A DNA stretch of 64,000 bases from a virus: positions 10,856 to 74,855 of the IMG/VR virus record IMGVR_UViG_3300032285_000709; one strand, given 5' to 3'. The first letter of the stretch is position 1, and the number at the start of each line of letters is the position of its first letter. Below, in pieces: positions 1 through 10,027 of this stretch. A model generated the notes under the pieces. The model was not told the DNA's origin. It did no database searches and was given only the letters and a program-made list of their open reading frames with translations. The translations under genes were made by a program, and so were the position numbers.

Positions 1-1
1 T

Positions 2-904
2 ATGACCCGCATGCCAAAGGTACAGGAAACTGTAGAGAAGTTGTTTGGTAAAGCACCACGTAAAGATGTTAACCCAGACGAAGCAGTTGCCGCTGGTGCC
101 GCCATTCAAGGTGATGTGTTAGGTGGCGGACGTAAAGACGTTCTATTGTTAGACGTTACTCCGTTGAGCTTGGGCATCGAAACCCAAGGTGGCGTGATGA
201 CTAAGATGATCAAGAAGAACACAACTATCCCAACCAAGTATAGCCAAACATATTCTACTGCGGATGACAACCAGCCCGCTGTTACTATCAAAGTTTACCA
301 AGGTGAACGTGATCTAGTCATTGGTAACAAGTTACTAGGCGAGTTTAATTTGGAAGGTATTGATCCAGCACCGCGCGGTATGCCACAAATTGAAGTTACA
401 TTTGATATTGATGCCAATGGCATCCTTGACGTACATGCCAAAGATAAGAAAACTGGTAAAGAAAAGAAAATTACCATTAAGGCAAGTTCAGGACTATCAG
501 AAGCTGAAATTGAAAAGATGGTAGCAGATGCAGAAGCTAATGCGGAAGAAGATAAAAAGACCTTAGAACTTATCAATGTGCGTAACGAAAGTGATGCGGC
601 TATTGCCCAAACTGAACGCCAAATGAAAGAGCTCGGTCATTTAGTATCCGATGACGAACGTGCTTTGGCAGAAAGTTCAATTGCCAAAGCCAAAGAAGCT
701 AATGCAGGAACTGACAAACAAGCAATCGTAGAAGCTTCAACTGCGGTCAAAGACATACTTGGTAAATTTATGCAGAAGTCTGCAGAAGTTAAAGAATCAA
801 CTAGACAAGAAAACGAGATGGACAAAGGTAAACGTCCGGAAGTTGATGATATGCAGGCAGGTCAGGACAGCGTAGTAGATGCTGATTTTACCGAAGTTAA
901 GTAA
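2..904 (+). CDS. dnaK: Hsp70 chaperone DnaK, C-terminal part (5' truncated by window)
   Basis: [33 protein letters not shown] and terminal [10 protein letters not shown] motifs. Confidence 0.97.
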   Translation: MTRMPKVQETVEKLFGKAPRKDVNPDEAVAAGAAIQGDVLGGGRKDVLLLDVTPLSLGIETQGGVMTKMIKKNTTIPTKYSQTYSTADDNQPAVTIKVYQGERDLVIGNKLLGEFNLEGIDPAPRGMPQIEVTFDIDANGILDVHAKDKKTGKEKKITIKASSGLSEAEIEKMVADAEANAEEDKKTLELINVRNESDAAIAQTERQMKELGHLVSDDERALAESSIAKAKEANAGTDKQAIVEASTAVKDILGKFMQKSAEVKESTRQENEMDKGKRPEVDDMQAGQDSVVDADFTEVK

Positions 905-1067
905 TAAACTAAAAAGACTCTGGCGTTTGTGGGCAAAAAGTTTGGGCGAAAAGTCCGGAACCACTAACGCCGAGTCCGATATGATCGCTATAATTAGAAC
1001 TGTAATAGTGCTAACTTATATCGTAACCAATTTCTTTATTGTAGCAGGCGTAATTAGGCACTGGTAG
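879..1067 (+). CDS. small phage membrane protein ([11 protein letters not shown]...IAGVIRHW type); start uncertain
   Basis: ORF with one hydrophobic segment; resembles a small protein type common in T4-like phages. Confidence 0.55.
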   Translation: MLILPKLSNKLKRLWRLWAKSLGEKSGTTNAESDMIAIIRTVIVLTYIVTNFFIVAGVIRHW

Positions 1068-1133
1068 TACATTAAGTACCAACTTAATGGTTTTATTTAC
1101 CGACTGGTAAATATATTATATCGGAGTTCAATC

Positions 1134-1865
1134 GTGGCAACAGCTTCCTCATTTGACTGGAGTGAGTGGGACAAAGAAACCATAATAGACATGGTCTATA
1201 TGGCCAAAGATCTCGTGGTCAATCAAAACTTAACGATCACAGAATTTAACAAGCGATTGACTAGACATATCAAATATTGGTTGCCTATCAGAAGTCGCAA
1301 AAGTCTTGAACCGCAAGTCGATAAAGGTTTTGTTTGGATTGGTGGAATGTACTATACCGATTACGACCAACAAAAGCAAAAAAGTATTGAACTATGTTTA
1401 GCCTATCATAAAGGCGACAGAATGATAAATCTAACAGCACGTAGATTTACCAGAGTATGCCACAGAATTGCAGATGTGCTACTGCACGAAATAATCCACA
1501 TGCGACAAGCTCGCAAGCGTAATTTTAAAAATTTACCAGGATATAGCTCAACCGCTGAATCTACAAAACAACGAGTAGAACAAGAATATCTGGGCGATCC
1601 AGACGAAATAGATGCTTATGCATTTAACATGGCTTGTGAACTTAATGAAAAGTTTTCCGGTAATATCAAAGATATCGTCAATTACTTCAATGAACCACAA
1701 AAAGGTAAAAGACGCTATTACAACACATGGCGTATGTATCTCAAAGCATTTAATTGGGATAGCGACCATCGTATCATTAGACGCTTAAAAAAGCGTTGCA
1801 TCTACTACTTAAACCGTAGTCAAATCTCCAAACCATATCACTGCAAAGACTGGATTCATCGATAA
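1134..1865 (+). CDS. putative zincin-like metallopeptidase
   Basis: LLHEIIH (HExxH) plus downstream DEIDAYA; GGAG RBS, GTG start, TAAATA at 1108. Confidence 0.6.
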   Translation: MATASSFDWSEWDKETIIDMVYMAKDLVVNQNLTITEFNKRLTRHIKYWLPIRSRKSLEPQVDKGFVWIGGMYYTDYDQQKQKSIELCLAYHKGDRMINLTARRFTRVCHRIADVLLHEIIHMRQARKRNFKNLPGYSSTAESTKQRVEQEYLGDPDEIDAYAFNMACELNEKFSGNIKDIVNYFNEPQKGKRRYYNTWRMYLKAFNWDSDHRIIRRLKKRCIYYLNRSQISKPYHCKDWIHR

Positions 1866-1885
1866 CATTTTGGCATAATAATGTC

Positions 1886-1914
1886 TTGTTATTAAGGCAA
1901 CATTGTGTTACAAT
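1886..1914 (+). promoter_or_regulatory. sigma70-type promoter TTGTTA-17-TACAAT
   Basis: 17-nt spacing; ATG 6 nt after the -10 box. Confidence 0.55.
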
Positions 1915-1943
1915 TATTGTATGAATTTACTAGGATTGTTAAA

Positions 1944-2222
1944 ATGAAAGATAGAATAATTTTTCTGTCCTTGCTATGCGGAGTTGGCGTAGGGCTATTC
2001 GCATGCTCGGACGACTTTACAAGTTCTGCTAAGAAAATAAAAGACAAGATGTCTATCAAAGTGTTACAAACATCAGACGCTGACCCAGATAGTGATTTAC
2101 CAGCTGATTATACTCTGTTATGTATCGATGGTGTAAAATACATCAAAACTAAAGAAGGTGGGATCAGCGTAAAATACCAAGCGAATGAGAACGGTGACCC
2201 GAGTGCAGAAGAATGCGATTAA
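1944..2222 (+). CDS. putative lipoprotein
   Basis: signal peptide with lipobox LFAC; AGGA RBS. Confidence 0.65.
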   Translation: MKDRIIFLSLLCGVGVGLFACSDDFTSSAKKIKDKMSIKVLQTSDADPDSDLPADYTLLCIDGVKYIKTKEGGISVKYQANENGDPSAEECD

Positions 2223-2359
2223 TACATCCACTGCATACTCTAACTTAGCGTTTGAGGAAATTTTTTCTGATAAATTAGAGAGTGGTGGTCCTGTTTTATT
2301 AAGTCAAAGTCAAAACAAACTTTTAAGCCGCCAAAGATTAAAATCACAAAAGGATAAAA

Positions 2360-3112
2360 ATGAAAAAAAATAAGTTGAATATCAATGTTAAGCCACAAGC
2401 GGCACCAGTAGCGGCACCTGCCGTACAACCGCAACAGGCTCAGCAACAAGCTCAACCAGCACAAAAAGTAGCACAGCCAGCAGGTAAAACTCCAAGCGTA
2501 ATGATCTTGGTTCCAGCAATGGAAATGGTTAATGCAGAATTTGCACAACACTTGGCCATGGCCGCCGCTAACATGGTAGCCAATGGTATTAAGATCAACT
2601 GTGCATTTAATATTGGATCGGTTATTACAATCGCCCGTCGTAACCTAACTGATATCTTCCTTAAGAGTGATTTTGATTATGCATGGTGGGTCGACTCAGA
2701 CATGAAGTTCCCAATTGACGCACCTATTAAACTATTGAAGCGTGGTGTACCATTAGTTGGAGCAAACTATCGCCGTCGCCGTTTCCCAAATCCAGGCTTT
2801 ACTGGTATGATGGGGCAAGCCGGTAATTTTACAGAGTTAGTAACAGATGACAACAGTCCTGCTATGCAACCAGTAGATGTTCTACCACATGGTATGATGT
2901 TGGTACATCGCTCAGTGTACGAAAAAGTTCCACAGCCACATTACTTGCAAGACTATGTTCCAGAGATCAATCTTGAAATTGGTGAGGACATTTATTTCTG
3001 TAATAAGGCAAAGGAAGCAGGATTTACTCCATACTGTGATCACGAGTTGAGCCGTGAAATTGCACACATTGGTATCTTCCACTTTAACTATAATTTGTCA
3101 GTTCCACAATAA
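2360..3112 (+). CDS. GT-A fold glycosyltransferase-like protein with Q/A/P-rich N-terminus
   Basis: WVDSDM (DxD), GMMLVHRSVY, GEDIYFC, HIG motifs. Confidence 0.75.
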   Translation: MKKNKLNINVKPQAAPVAAPAVQPQQAQQQAQPAQKVAQPAGKTPSVMILVPAMEMVNAEFAQHLAMAAANMVANGIKINCAFNIGSVITIARRNLTDIFLKSDFDYAWWVDSDMKFPIDAPIKLLKRGVPLVGANYRRRRFPNPGFTGMMGQAGNFTELVTDDNSPAMQPVDVLPHGMMLVHRSVYEKVPQPHYLQDYVPEINLEIGEDIYFCNKAKEAGFTPYCDHELSREIAHIGIFHFNYNLSVPQ

Positions 3113-3124
3113 CCCGGAGGTCCT

Positions 3125-3301
3125 ATGGACAATTTTGATTCAATTGAATTACGAAAAGTAAAAAATGGTGTAATCGTCGCACTACGCACTGACGAAGAAG
3201 ATTCCGAATACATCTTTGATACTAATCGCAAAGCATTGAGATTTGTCAAGGACCTACTCGAAGGTAAATTTGTATTAGAAAAAGAAGCCGAAAATGATTG
3301 A
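3125..3301 (+). CDS. hypothetical protein, 58 aa (MDNFDSIELRK...), not in ORF track
   Basis: GGAGG RBS; fills gap and overlaps next start. Confidence 0.75.
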   Translation: MDNFDSIELRKVKNGVIVALRTDEEDSEYIFDTNRKALRFVKDLLEGKFVLEKEAEND

Positions 3302-3671
3302 AACTGCATTAGTGTTCCTAATGTTTCTTCAAATTAAACATTGGTACATTGATTTTGTAAATCAAAGCAACATTGAAGTAGCAAGTAAAGGTATCTATGG
3401 TGATTTCCATGGTATCATGCACTCAGTAAAACAAGGTGTAGGCACGGTGCTTTCTGCATGCCTAGCATTTGGGTGGTCATACATTTTCTTTTGTTTGGTG
3501 CTTGGAGTAATTGATTTCATCGCTCACTATCATATTGATTGGGCAAAGATGAACATCAACAGAATAAAAGGGTACACTATTGAGATGCCTCAATTCTGGG
3601 CATGGTTGGGTGCAGATCAATTAGCACATCAATTAACATATATTGGATTAGTATGGTTAGCCGTAGCGTGA
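3294..3671 (+). CDS. DUF3307-like membrane protein
   Basis: KHWYIDF, HYHIDWAK, DQLAHQ His/Asp pattern in TM helices. Confidence 0.7.
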   Translation: MIETALVFLMFLQIKHWYIDFVNQSNIEVASKGIYGDFHGIMHSVKQGVGTVLSACLAFGWSYIFFCLVLGVIDFIAHYHIDWAKMNINRIKGYTIEMPQFWAWLGADQLAHQLTYIGLVWLAVA

Positions 3672-4018
3672 AGAAAGAATACAACATAGGTGATAGTGCC
3701 TGGATATACGGAGTTGCCGCTGGTCCGGGTTACAATCGCCTAACACAAGGTACCGTTGTCCATTCGATGGAAATTGAAGGATACTCTGGAACACATTATG
3801 TTATAGCCATATCAAATGGCATCGAAGATTTACTCGAAGTTCGAACTTGGGACAGCATGAGTCAAGACGATAAAGGTCCTATTGGATCTTTTAGAGAGTT
3901 GTTAATGAATCGCCCAGCTGAGCAGAAAATGCTGTTACGCACAGGTATGAGATTACCAGACGTTGAATTAAATCCAGAATTCATAGACGATGACCTCCCC
4001 GATCCAATTCAAGATTAA
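3668..4018 (+). CDS. hypothetical protein
   Basis: GTG start overlapping upstream stop (GTGA). Confidence 0.65.
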   Translation: MKKEYNIGDSAWIYGVAAGPGYNRLTQGTVVHSMEIEGYSGTHYVIAISNGIEDLLEVRTWDSMSQDDKGPIGSFRELLMNRPAEQKMLLRTGMRLPDVELNPEFIDDDLPDPIQD

Positions 4019-4184
4019 AGGTCATAATAATGCTCATAAAGCCGCAAATTGGTGTATCGATCAATTTGGGTTAGACAGCTGGGAAATGATGTTGAATACA
4101 TCGAGTTGGGACCTTTATGAATTTAAATTCAAAGAGTCGCAAGAAGCTACATTATTTGCGTTAACATGGGCCGAGTACGCATAA
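3990..4184 (+). CDS. hypothetical protein
   Basis: ORF in tightly packed operon; ends ATLFALTW. Confidence 0.6.
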   Translation: MTSPIQFKIKGHNNAHKAANWCIDQFGLDSWEMMLNTSSWDLYEFKFKESQEATLFALTWAEYA

Positions 4185-4465
4185 ACTTTAATAAAGAAGG
4201 ATTGGGCAACACCATGTTCAACAATGTACTCAATGCCTTTAAAAAAGAACACGGATATCACGCAAACGCATATGACGGATATTACAATAAAAAACCATAT
4301 TGGAAAAGTGAATTAAGTGAATGGCTATCAGTAAAAGGGTTTCCGTGTTTGATGTGTATGGAAATGACAGATACCCAGATTGGTTCGTCTACTACGGCAT
4401 ACGACCTTATAGGAGTGGAGATGGACAGCGCAACCGCTACCGCGTTCATAATAACATGGTCGTAG
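4166..4465 (+). CDS. hypothetical protein
   Basis: ORF in operon; ends ATAFIITW, similar to the previous ORF. Confidence 0.6.
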   Translation: MGRVRINFNKEGLGNTMFNNVLNAFKKEHGYHANAYDGYYNKKPYWKSELSEWLSVKGFPCLMCMEMTDTQIGSSTTAYDLIGVEMDSATATAFIITWS

Positions 4466-4737
4466 AATCCAAACAAATTATCGTACACACAATTACTATG
4501 GGCGATGTCGAAGACCCAGATTTAATGGTAGCCGAGCCAATTTACAAATGGCAACAAACAGATCACGGAAAATGGGTCATGGAAAACGCTGTTCCAGAAA
4601 GCCCAATGTGGAATAGATATTTGGACCCAATGTCCTATGGGCACAAGTACATGATATCCGCAGTATTTGAAGGGTCCAAAATAACAGAGTACTACTTACG
4701 TTTTGGCGATTCTGCCCAAAAAAGAGTTCCTTTATAG
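4456..4737 (+). CDS. hypothetical protein (MGDVEDPDL motif)
   Basis: start reassigned to ATG 4456 to avoid a long overlap. Confidence 0.65.
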   Translation: MVVESKQIIVHTITMGDVEDPDLMVAEPIYKWQQTDHGKWVMENAVPESPMWNRYLDPMSYGHKYMISAVFEGSKITEYYLRFGDSAQKRVPL

Positions 4738-4766
4738 TTGACAAAACCATCAATTGATGTTATAAT
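4738..4766 (+). promoter_or_regulatory. sigma70 promoter TTGACA-17-TATAAT
   Basis: perfect consensus; ATG 6 nt downstream. Confidence 0.9.
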
Positions 4767-4772
4767 TGTACT

Positions 4773-5309
4773 ATGAAAATAACATCACTTGATTTAGAAC
4801 TGAACCAACCTTCGGGAAAAATTATCCAAATTGGTGCTGTAATAGGCGATACCCAAACAGGAGAAATTTCTCAACGGTTGCGTATCTATGTAGACCCACA
4901 AGAACAACTAAGTGATTTTATTACTGAGTTAACTGGTATTAGTCAGCAACACATTGATACTCACGGAGTAAGTTTAAAAGAAGCATATCTTCAACTGAGA
5001 GAATTTCATCTTAGGCATTCAACTTTTATCAACCCGTTAACATGGGGCGGAGGTGATAGCCAAGAAATTTTTAATCAATTGTCACCAGAAGATCGAGTAG
5101 AATGGCCCTTTGGACGCAGATGGGTAGATGCAAAAACACTTTATGTAAGTGAGTGCATTGCAAAAGGATTACCTGTTCAGGGTGGCCTAAGCAAAGTGAT
5201 GACTAAGTACAGTATGAATTTTAAAGGGCGTAAACACGATGCCCAAGACGATGCAGAAAACACGTTTAGACTGTATCATGAAATGTTAGTAAGAATAAGG
5301 AACAAATGA
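4773..5309 (+). CDS. DEDDh 3'-5' exonuclease (DnaQ/ERI-like)
   Basis: DLE, IIQIGAV, ELTGI, WGGGD, HDAQDDA. Confidence 0.9.
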   Translation: MKITSLDLELNQPSGKIIQIGAVIGDTQTGEISQRLRIYVDPQEQLSDFITELTGISQQHIDTHGVSLKEAYLQLREFHLRHSTFINPLTWGGGDSQEIFNQLSPEDRVEWPFGRRWVDAKTLYVSECIAKGLPVQGGLSKVMTKYSMNFKGRKHDAQDDAENTFRLYHEMLVRIRNK

Positions 5310-6145
5310 TGAGATCACATTATTGGACAATTAGCAAGTTTGCAGGATGGATTCGCGGTACTCCTAGTCCTGGTGCCCTTACATCCGAAGGTTGGGATGA
5401 GTGGCATGAAAAGGCCAGCAAACTGCATCCCGTTCGATATTGGATTGCCGAAGAAGGTTTAGACTATCTTCAGAAGTTTGTTTACTATATTCCAGATAAA
5501 TTAAATGATGTTAGATATTATATTAATAATCGTTGGGTTAGCCGCAGTCATAGTCTCACTGCTCACCCTCGTGATATTCGTCCTGGCGACTGGTGCGATG
5601 TTGGGAATCGATTCCTGCCATGCCTATTTAATGAGCTTGTGGACTTCGTTGAAATAGAGCAAGCATGGCATCATTGCCTATGGAGTGACGAAGCTAAGAC
5701 CAAGTTTGATGTGCCCTGGTATCGCCGCGGTTGGTTGCGCTGGCGTACTTGGCGATGCCCAGAAGCAGGTATGGAGTATCTAAAGTGGGCCAGCGGGCTT
5801 GTTGTAGATGACCATATGGGTGCAGAGCCTGGTAGCAAAGGCTACGGTGAGCCAACTTATCAAGCCAAAGCCGCTAAGGAAATTATCGAGCTTTACACTT
5901 GGTGGACTGTAACTTATCGTAATCGTCCAGATCCGTACGAAGCCAGTGGCTGGACTGAGTATTGCGAAGCCAGTCGTATTGCTAACGGTGGCCGACTAAG
6001 TTTCAGCGGAGACAAGACTCCTGAAATGCGTAAGATGAGTGACAAGGCACATAAGCTATTGCGTAAAATTGAAGCGGCTTATGAAAAAGAAGATGAACAG
6101 ATGATGATCCGTTTAATTAAGATAAGACAATCACTATGGACTTGA
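5306..6145 (+). CDS. hypothetical Trp-rich phage protein
   Basis: 279-aa ORF, coupled start. Confidence 0.7.
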   Translation: MMRSHYWTISKFAGWIRGTPSPGALTSEGWDEWHEKASKLHPVRYWIAEEGLDYLQKFVYYIPDKLNDVRYYINNRWVSRSHSLTAHPRDIRPGDWCDVGNRFLPCLFNELVDFVEIEQAWHHCLWSDEAKTKFDVPWYRRGWLRWRTWRCPEAGMEYLKWASGLVVDDHMGAEPGSKGYGEPTYQAKAAKEIIELYTWWTVTYRNRPDPYEASGWTEYCEASRIANGGRLSFSGDKTPEMRKMSDKAHKLLRKIEAAYEKEDEQMMIRLIKIRQSLWT

Positions 6146-6912
6146 AAGGCACAGTTAAAGTTGGGTGGACTCCTTTTGTCCATAATGAAGGTCAACCTAG
6201 CGACAGCTTTGGGTATTTTTCAGAATGGCAAAACGTAGCAGTACAACCGCCCGAACTTGCATACAAAACTATTGCAGGAGATAGAGAAGGTAGTGATATC
6301 CTTCCCTGTCCCGCAATACAAGGATATTTTAAAAATACATATCTAATTCGCTGTCCTGTAGATTTTACCATTATTCCAAAACCAAATGCTAAGACCTACA
6401 GCATTGATCGGTTTGATCAAAAGTTTTTTAATGAGTGGTGCATTCGTAGACCTAATGATTTTATAAATCCGGATCGTCCTATTTGCACACTAGGTCCTAA
6501 AATGGTGTTTGTTGCTGACGAAGATGTTATTATTGAATCGTTGCCTGCTATGATGCACGATAGTCCTACCTTAAGAAATATTAGGGTCATTCCTGGTACA
6601 TACAATATTCATCGTTGGATACGTCCGTTAGACTTTACATTTGAAATTTTAGATCCTAGTCAACCATTAGAATTTAAAAGAGGTGATCCGTTATTCTACG
6701 TTAGGTTTATTGACAAAAAGGGCCGAAAGGTAGAATTAGAAAGAATAGAACAGTCTAATGATCTATTAAAAACTATGTACGGAATGATTGTTGTAAAAAA
6801 CTACATTCAAAAGTTAGGTCTTGAGAAGATGTATGAAATGGCTCACGATTGGATTAAAAATCGTAAGTGGTTAGGTAAAACTAAAAAATGTCCATTTAAC
6901 TGGAGAAAATAA
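6136..6912 (+). CDS. hypothetical protein (CPA...CPF motifs, possible dUTPase-like beta fold)
   Basis: 258-aa ORF; FKRGDPL motif. Confidence 0.6.
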   Translation: MDLKGTVKVGWTPFVHNEGQPSDSFGYFSEWQNVAVQPPELAYKTIAGDREGSDILPCPAIQGYFKNTYLIRCPVDFTIIPKPNAKTYSIDRFDQKFFNEWCIRRPNDFINPDRPICTLGPKMVFVADEDVIIESLPAMMHDSPTLRNIRVIPGTYNIHRWIRPLDFTFEILDPSQPLEFKRGDPLFYVRFIDKKGRKVELERIEQSNDLLKTMYGMIVVKNYIQKLGLEKMYEMAHDWIKNRKWLGKTKKCPFNWRK

Positions 6913-7268
6913 TGGAAGAAGTTGTTAGTATTTTAGTATATGCCTTTGTGGCATTGTTCTTCTATGCAATACTCAAAGGTGTTGTAAACTACATGCTTCA
7001 TCAAGAAGTTAGGTCTCATCTTAAAGAAGTGTTGTCCGATATGGTGCATGAGGTAACAGTTGAGAAACACGGAACAATGCACTACTGGTTTGACTCTGAA
7101 TCAAATATATTTTTAGGTCAAGGTACAACTGATTCTGAAATTATCGAGCATGTAAAAGCACGATTCCCTACACATATATTCATCATCCCTAACAAAGGTT
7201 TGTTAGCTCGTCCAGATTGGGTTTTCAAAACTGAAATTAATGACATCATCAACGTTGACAGATCGTAA
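6912..7268 (+). CDS. hypothetical protein with N-terminal TM helix
   Basis: GGAG RBS, hydrophobic N-terminus. Confidence 0.7.
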   Translation: MEEVVSILVYAFVALFFYAILKGVVNYMLHQEVRSHLKEVLSDMVHEVTVEKHGTMHYWFDSESNIFLGQGTTDSEIIEHVKARFPTHIFIIPNKGLLARPDWVFKTEINDIINVDRS

Positions 7269-7284
7269 AATAGAAAGTAAAATT

Positions 7285-7518
7285 ATGGCTAAGAAAAAAC
7301 TTAAATTAGAATTCGCACCCGGATGCTTTGATCATTTCGACGGCACACAAGAAGAATTAGACGAAATGGTTGCTGAAATCCAACGCATGTTCGAAAGTGG
7401 CGAAATGGAAAAATTAGCAAAGCCGATTGATCCAGATGAAATGACTAAAGAAGAAATGTCTATATTGGCCAAAGCGTTTGAAAACGAAATCAACCCAGAG
7501 AAGAGAAAACTACAATGA
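7285..7518 (+). CDS. hypothetical protein (FAPGCFD motif)
   Basis: ORF; start reassigned to ATG 7285. Confidence 0.65.
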   Translation: MAKKKLKLEFAPGCFDHFDGTQEELDEMVAEIQRMFESGEMEKLAKPIDPDEMTKEEMSILAKAFENEINPEKRKLQ

Positions 7519-7946
7519 AAGCACAATTACCGGCAGAAGGTATATTAAAGACTCATGATTGGGGAGACTCAAAAGTTTATAAAGTTACCTGCGATTGCGG
7601 TCAGCCCGATCACGAACACAATGTTTGGATCGAAGCAGACGAGTGCGGTGTTAACGTAAACATCTATACAACAGTTAAAACTGACTGTTGGAGTGAAGAA
7701 TTAAAACCCAAATACGATATTGAGAACATTTGGTTACAAGAGTTTGAGTGGTTCTGGAAAGGACTATACAACAGTCTTGCCCGAAAACTAAAACTTACAA
7801 AATCCATTTGGAGCAAGGGCTATGTCGATTTTGAAACTACAATCAGCATGAATGAACAGGCCGCATTGAACTACGCAACAACTTTAAAGAACGCAATAGC
7901 AGATGTCAAAGAATTCAAAAAACCCAAAGGCGGCCAGCAGTCCTGA
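7515..7946 (+). CDS. hypothetical protein
   Basis: ATGA-coupled ORF; CxC...H motif. Confidence 0.7.
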   Translation: MKAQLPAEGILKTHDWGDSKVYKVTCDCGQPDHEHNVWIEADECGVNVNIYTTVKTDCWSEELKPKYDIENIWLQEFEWFWKGLYNSLARKLKLTKSIWSKGYVDFETTISMNEQAALNYATTLKNAIADVKEFKKPKGGQQS

Positions 7947-8478
7947 ACGCCATACCTTCCAAAAAGAAGGGTACGTTAAACGCAAACAGGAAGAAGGACT
8001 AGAACCACTCGAAGAATATATCGAGATGTTCAAAACTTGGAAACAGCAGGATGAAGCCAATCTTGTAGATCCGGAGTGGCAAAAAGACAACATGGAGTAT
8101 GATCTCCGTAGTACCAAATGGATTTGCGATAAAGTCAAAGCCAGTGAAAACTATGCGCAGAATCTGTATGCGGCCATGTGCAATATGCAGTTTACCAAAT
8201 TAGCAGTTATTCCAATTTTAAAAGAACAACGATGGAGTCGTAGTTGGCGTAGTGCTGGCGGTATTATTGCCGACATGCGTGAAGAAGGTGACTACATTGA
8301 TTGGTATTGTAGTGGCATTCGCAACGACGAATTGGGCAACGGGTTGGATGGGACAAAGCCAATTTTGGACGAAGATGGGCGCGATTACGTTCCAGAAGGT
8401 ACTGTTACTGAGGAAATTCGGGCAGATCTCCAAAAATTGGGCTGGTTTCCTGTGCCTTGGGACGATGACGACTCTTGA
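7903..8478 (+). CDS. hypothetical phage protein (YAQNLYAAMCN, DWYCSG)
   Basis: 191-aa ORF. Confidence 0.7.
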   Translation: MSKNSKNPKAASSPERHTFQKEGYVKRKQEEGLEPLEEYIEMFKTWKQQDEANLVDPEWQKDNMEYDLRSTKWICDKVKASENYAQNLYAAMCNMQFTKLAVIPILKEQRWSRSWRSAGGIIADMREEGDYIDWYCSGIRNDELGNGLDGTKPILDEDGRDYVPEGTVTEEIRADLQKLGWFPVPWDDDDS

Positions 8479-8503
8479 CAAAACCAAATAAAGACTGTAT
8501 AAT
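8475..8503 (+). promoter_or_regulatory. sigma70 promoter TTGACA-17-TATAAT
   Basis: perfect consensus with extended TG; shares TTGACAAAACCA with the 4738 promoter. Confidence 0.9.
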
Positions 8504-8534
8504 ATATACATATTGAACACTAAGGAGTAGGCAA

Positions 8535-9737
8535 ATGGCAACAAAAGCACCAGCAAAAAAGACCCGTGTAACTAAAGCACAGGTTGTGGCACATCGTACA
8601 AACGCTAAAAAAGATCACAGCCCAACTTGGAATGATGTTGAAGGCTTAACTGGCGAACAGTTTGGCGCAAAGTATCGTGAAGCGATGAAGTGGTATCGTT
8701 TGGAAGGTTCAGCTAAGGACCTTAAGCCAAAAGTTATCGACTGGATGGGTCGTGCTGGTATGAGCAAAACTGAAATTGCCGCTTTTAAGAAAACCAAAGA
8801 CTGGCGTTGTAATTTGACCATGGGTGCCATTGCATCTTGCTTGATCAAAGGTATGCCAGACAGTCATAAAGATTGGAACCAAGGCCGTAGTTTTTCCGAA
8901 TACCTCAAGAAAAGTATTAAGGAAGTTGTTGAGTCTGGCAAAAATGATATTGAAGAAGTAGAAGAAGTTAAGGCTATTAAAGCAGTGGCTCCTGTGGTTA
9001 CTATCCAAGATCGTTTGAAAGATGCCGCAGGCGACATGAGCGAAGAAATTGACTACGCCATTGATAGCTGGATTACCGATCCAGATGCGTTTGATCCAAA
9101 AGCATTTAAGATGACAAACTTGTTGCGTGGCAAGGGTGCTAAAGCCGCACACGCTCGATTTATCAAATCTTACTTCAAGCGTGGACAAGATGAATTACTA
9201 GAGCTTGCCAGCGGTAATGCTGACGAACAGTTGCGTGAAGCCTACAGCCATGTAGCTCGTAAGAATGTTAAGAAGCTGATCGAGTTCTACGAAAGCATCA
9301 TGACCGCATGTGACCAAATCGCGGCAGAGGCTAAACTTAACAAGAAGCCCCGCGCTAAGAAGATCGTCCCTGCTGAGAAATTGGTTGCTAAACTTAAATT
9401 CAAAGCCAGTGACGACAAGCTGGGGCTTACGTCAGTGCCTCCTGCACAGTTAGTTGGTGCTCAAGGTGCAGTAGTGTACAATGCCAAGACACGTAAGTTG
9501 GGCATCTATACTGCTAAGACGAGTGCCGGCCTTGCTATCAAAGGTACAAGTATCTTAGAGTTTACTGTAAAGAGTACACAAAAGACTCTGCGTAAACCCG
9601 AAATTCAATTGCGTGAGTTTAAAGAGCAAAATACTAACAAGCGGATTGAAACTTGGTTTGCTAAGATCAAGGCTACTGAGACTGTGATGAACGGACGCAT
9701 GAACGAAGAGATCATGATCTTAAAGGTCTTTAAATGA
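8535..9737 (+). CDS. hypothetical basic early protein, 400 aa
   Basis: AGGAG RBS, strong promoter, Lys-rich. Confidence 0.8.
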   Translation: MATKAPAKKTRVTKAQVVAHRTNAKKDHSPTWNDVEGLTGEQFGAKYREAMKWYRLEGSAKDLKPKVIDWMGRAGMSKTEIAAFKKTKDWRCNLTMGAIASCLIKGMPDSHKDWNQGRSFSEYLKKSIKEVVESGKNDIEEVEEVKAIKAVAPVVTIQDRLKDAAGDMSEEIDYAIDSWITDPDAFDPKAFKMTNLLRGKGAKAAHARFIKSYFKRGQDELLELASGNADEQLREAYSHVARKNVKKLIEFYESIMTACDQIAAEAKLNKKPRAKKIVPAEKLVAKLKFKASDDKLGLTSVPPAQLVGAQGAVVYNAKTRKLGIYTAKTSAGLAIKGTSILEFTVKSTQKTLRKPEIQLREFKEQNTNKRIETWFAKIKATETVMNGRMNEEIMILKVFK

Positions 9738-9910
9738 AAGTAGGCGGCGTCAATCCAGCAATGGCTCATAAGGTCGAGTTACAGAAATTGGCACAGCAAG
9801 AAACTATCAAACAGCAACAGATCAAAGCTATTAAGGAACGACAAAAAGAATTAGAAAAAATTAGACCGCAAGATCTTGATAAAGGTAGCAACATTGACAA
9901 AATAGTTTAG
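9734..9910 (+). CDS. hypothetical protein, 58 aa
   Basis: start overlaps upstream stop (ATGA). Confidence 0.6.
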   Translation: MKVGGVNPAMAHKVELQKLAQQETIKQQQIKAIKERQKELEKIRPQDLDKGSNIDKIV

Positions 9911-9919
9911 GAGTAATGT

Positions 9920-10027
9920 ATGAATAGTGACGGAGCATTTTTTGGTACAATCTTAGCCATGATGGCACTACTGTTTGGACATCCTGTTGCGGCTGTGTTT
10001 ATCTTTCTAATTGGCGTATTGTCTTGA
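9920..10027 (+). CDS. small membrane protein, 35 aa
   Basis: AGGAG RBS; hydrophobic. Confidence 0.6.
   Translation: MNSDGAFFGTILAMMALLFGHPVAAVFIFLIGVLS

Noticed and set aside
2223-2359. Possible structured RNA (TGGTGGT/GCCGCCA) before the glycosyltransferase
   Set aside because: Single weak G-U-dependent pairing, insufficient support
7255-7283. TTGACA-17-TAAAAT as leaderless promoter for the 7285 ORF
   Set aside because: ATG only 1 nt after the -10 box, so the transcript would start past it; may serve downstream genes, unresolved
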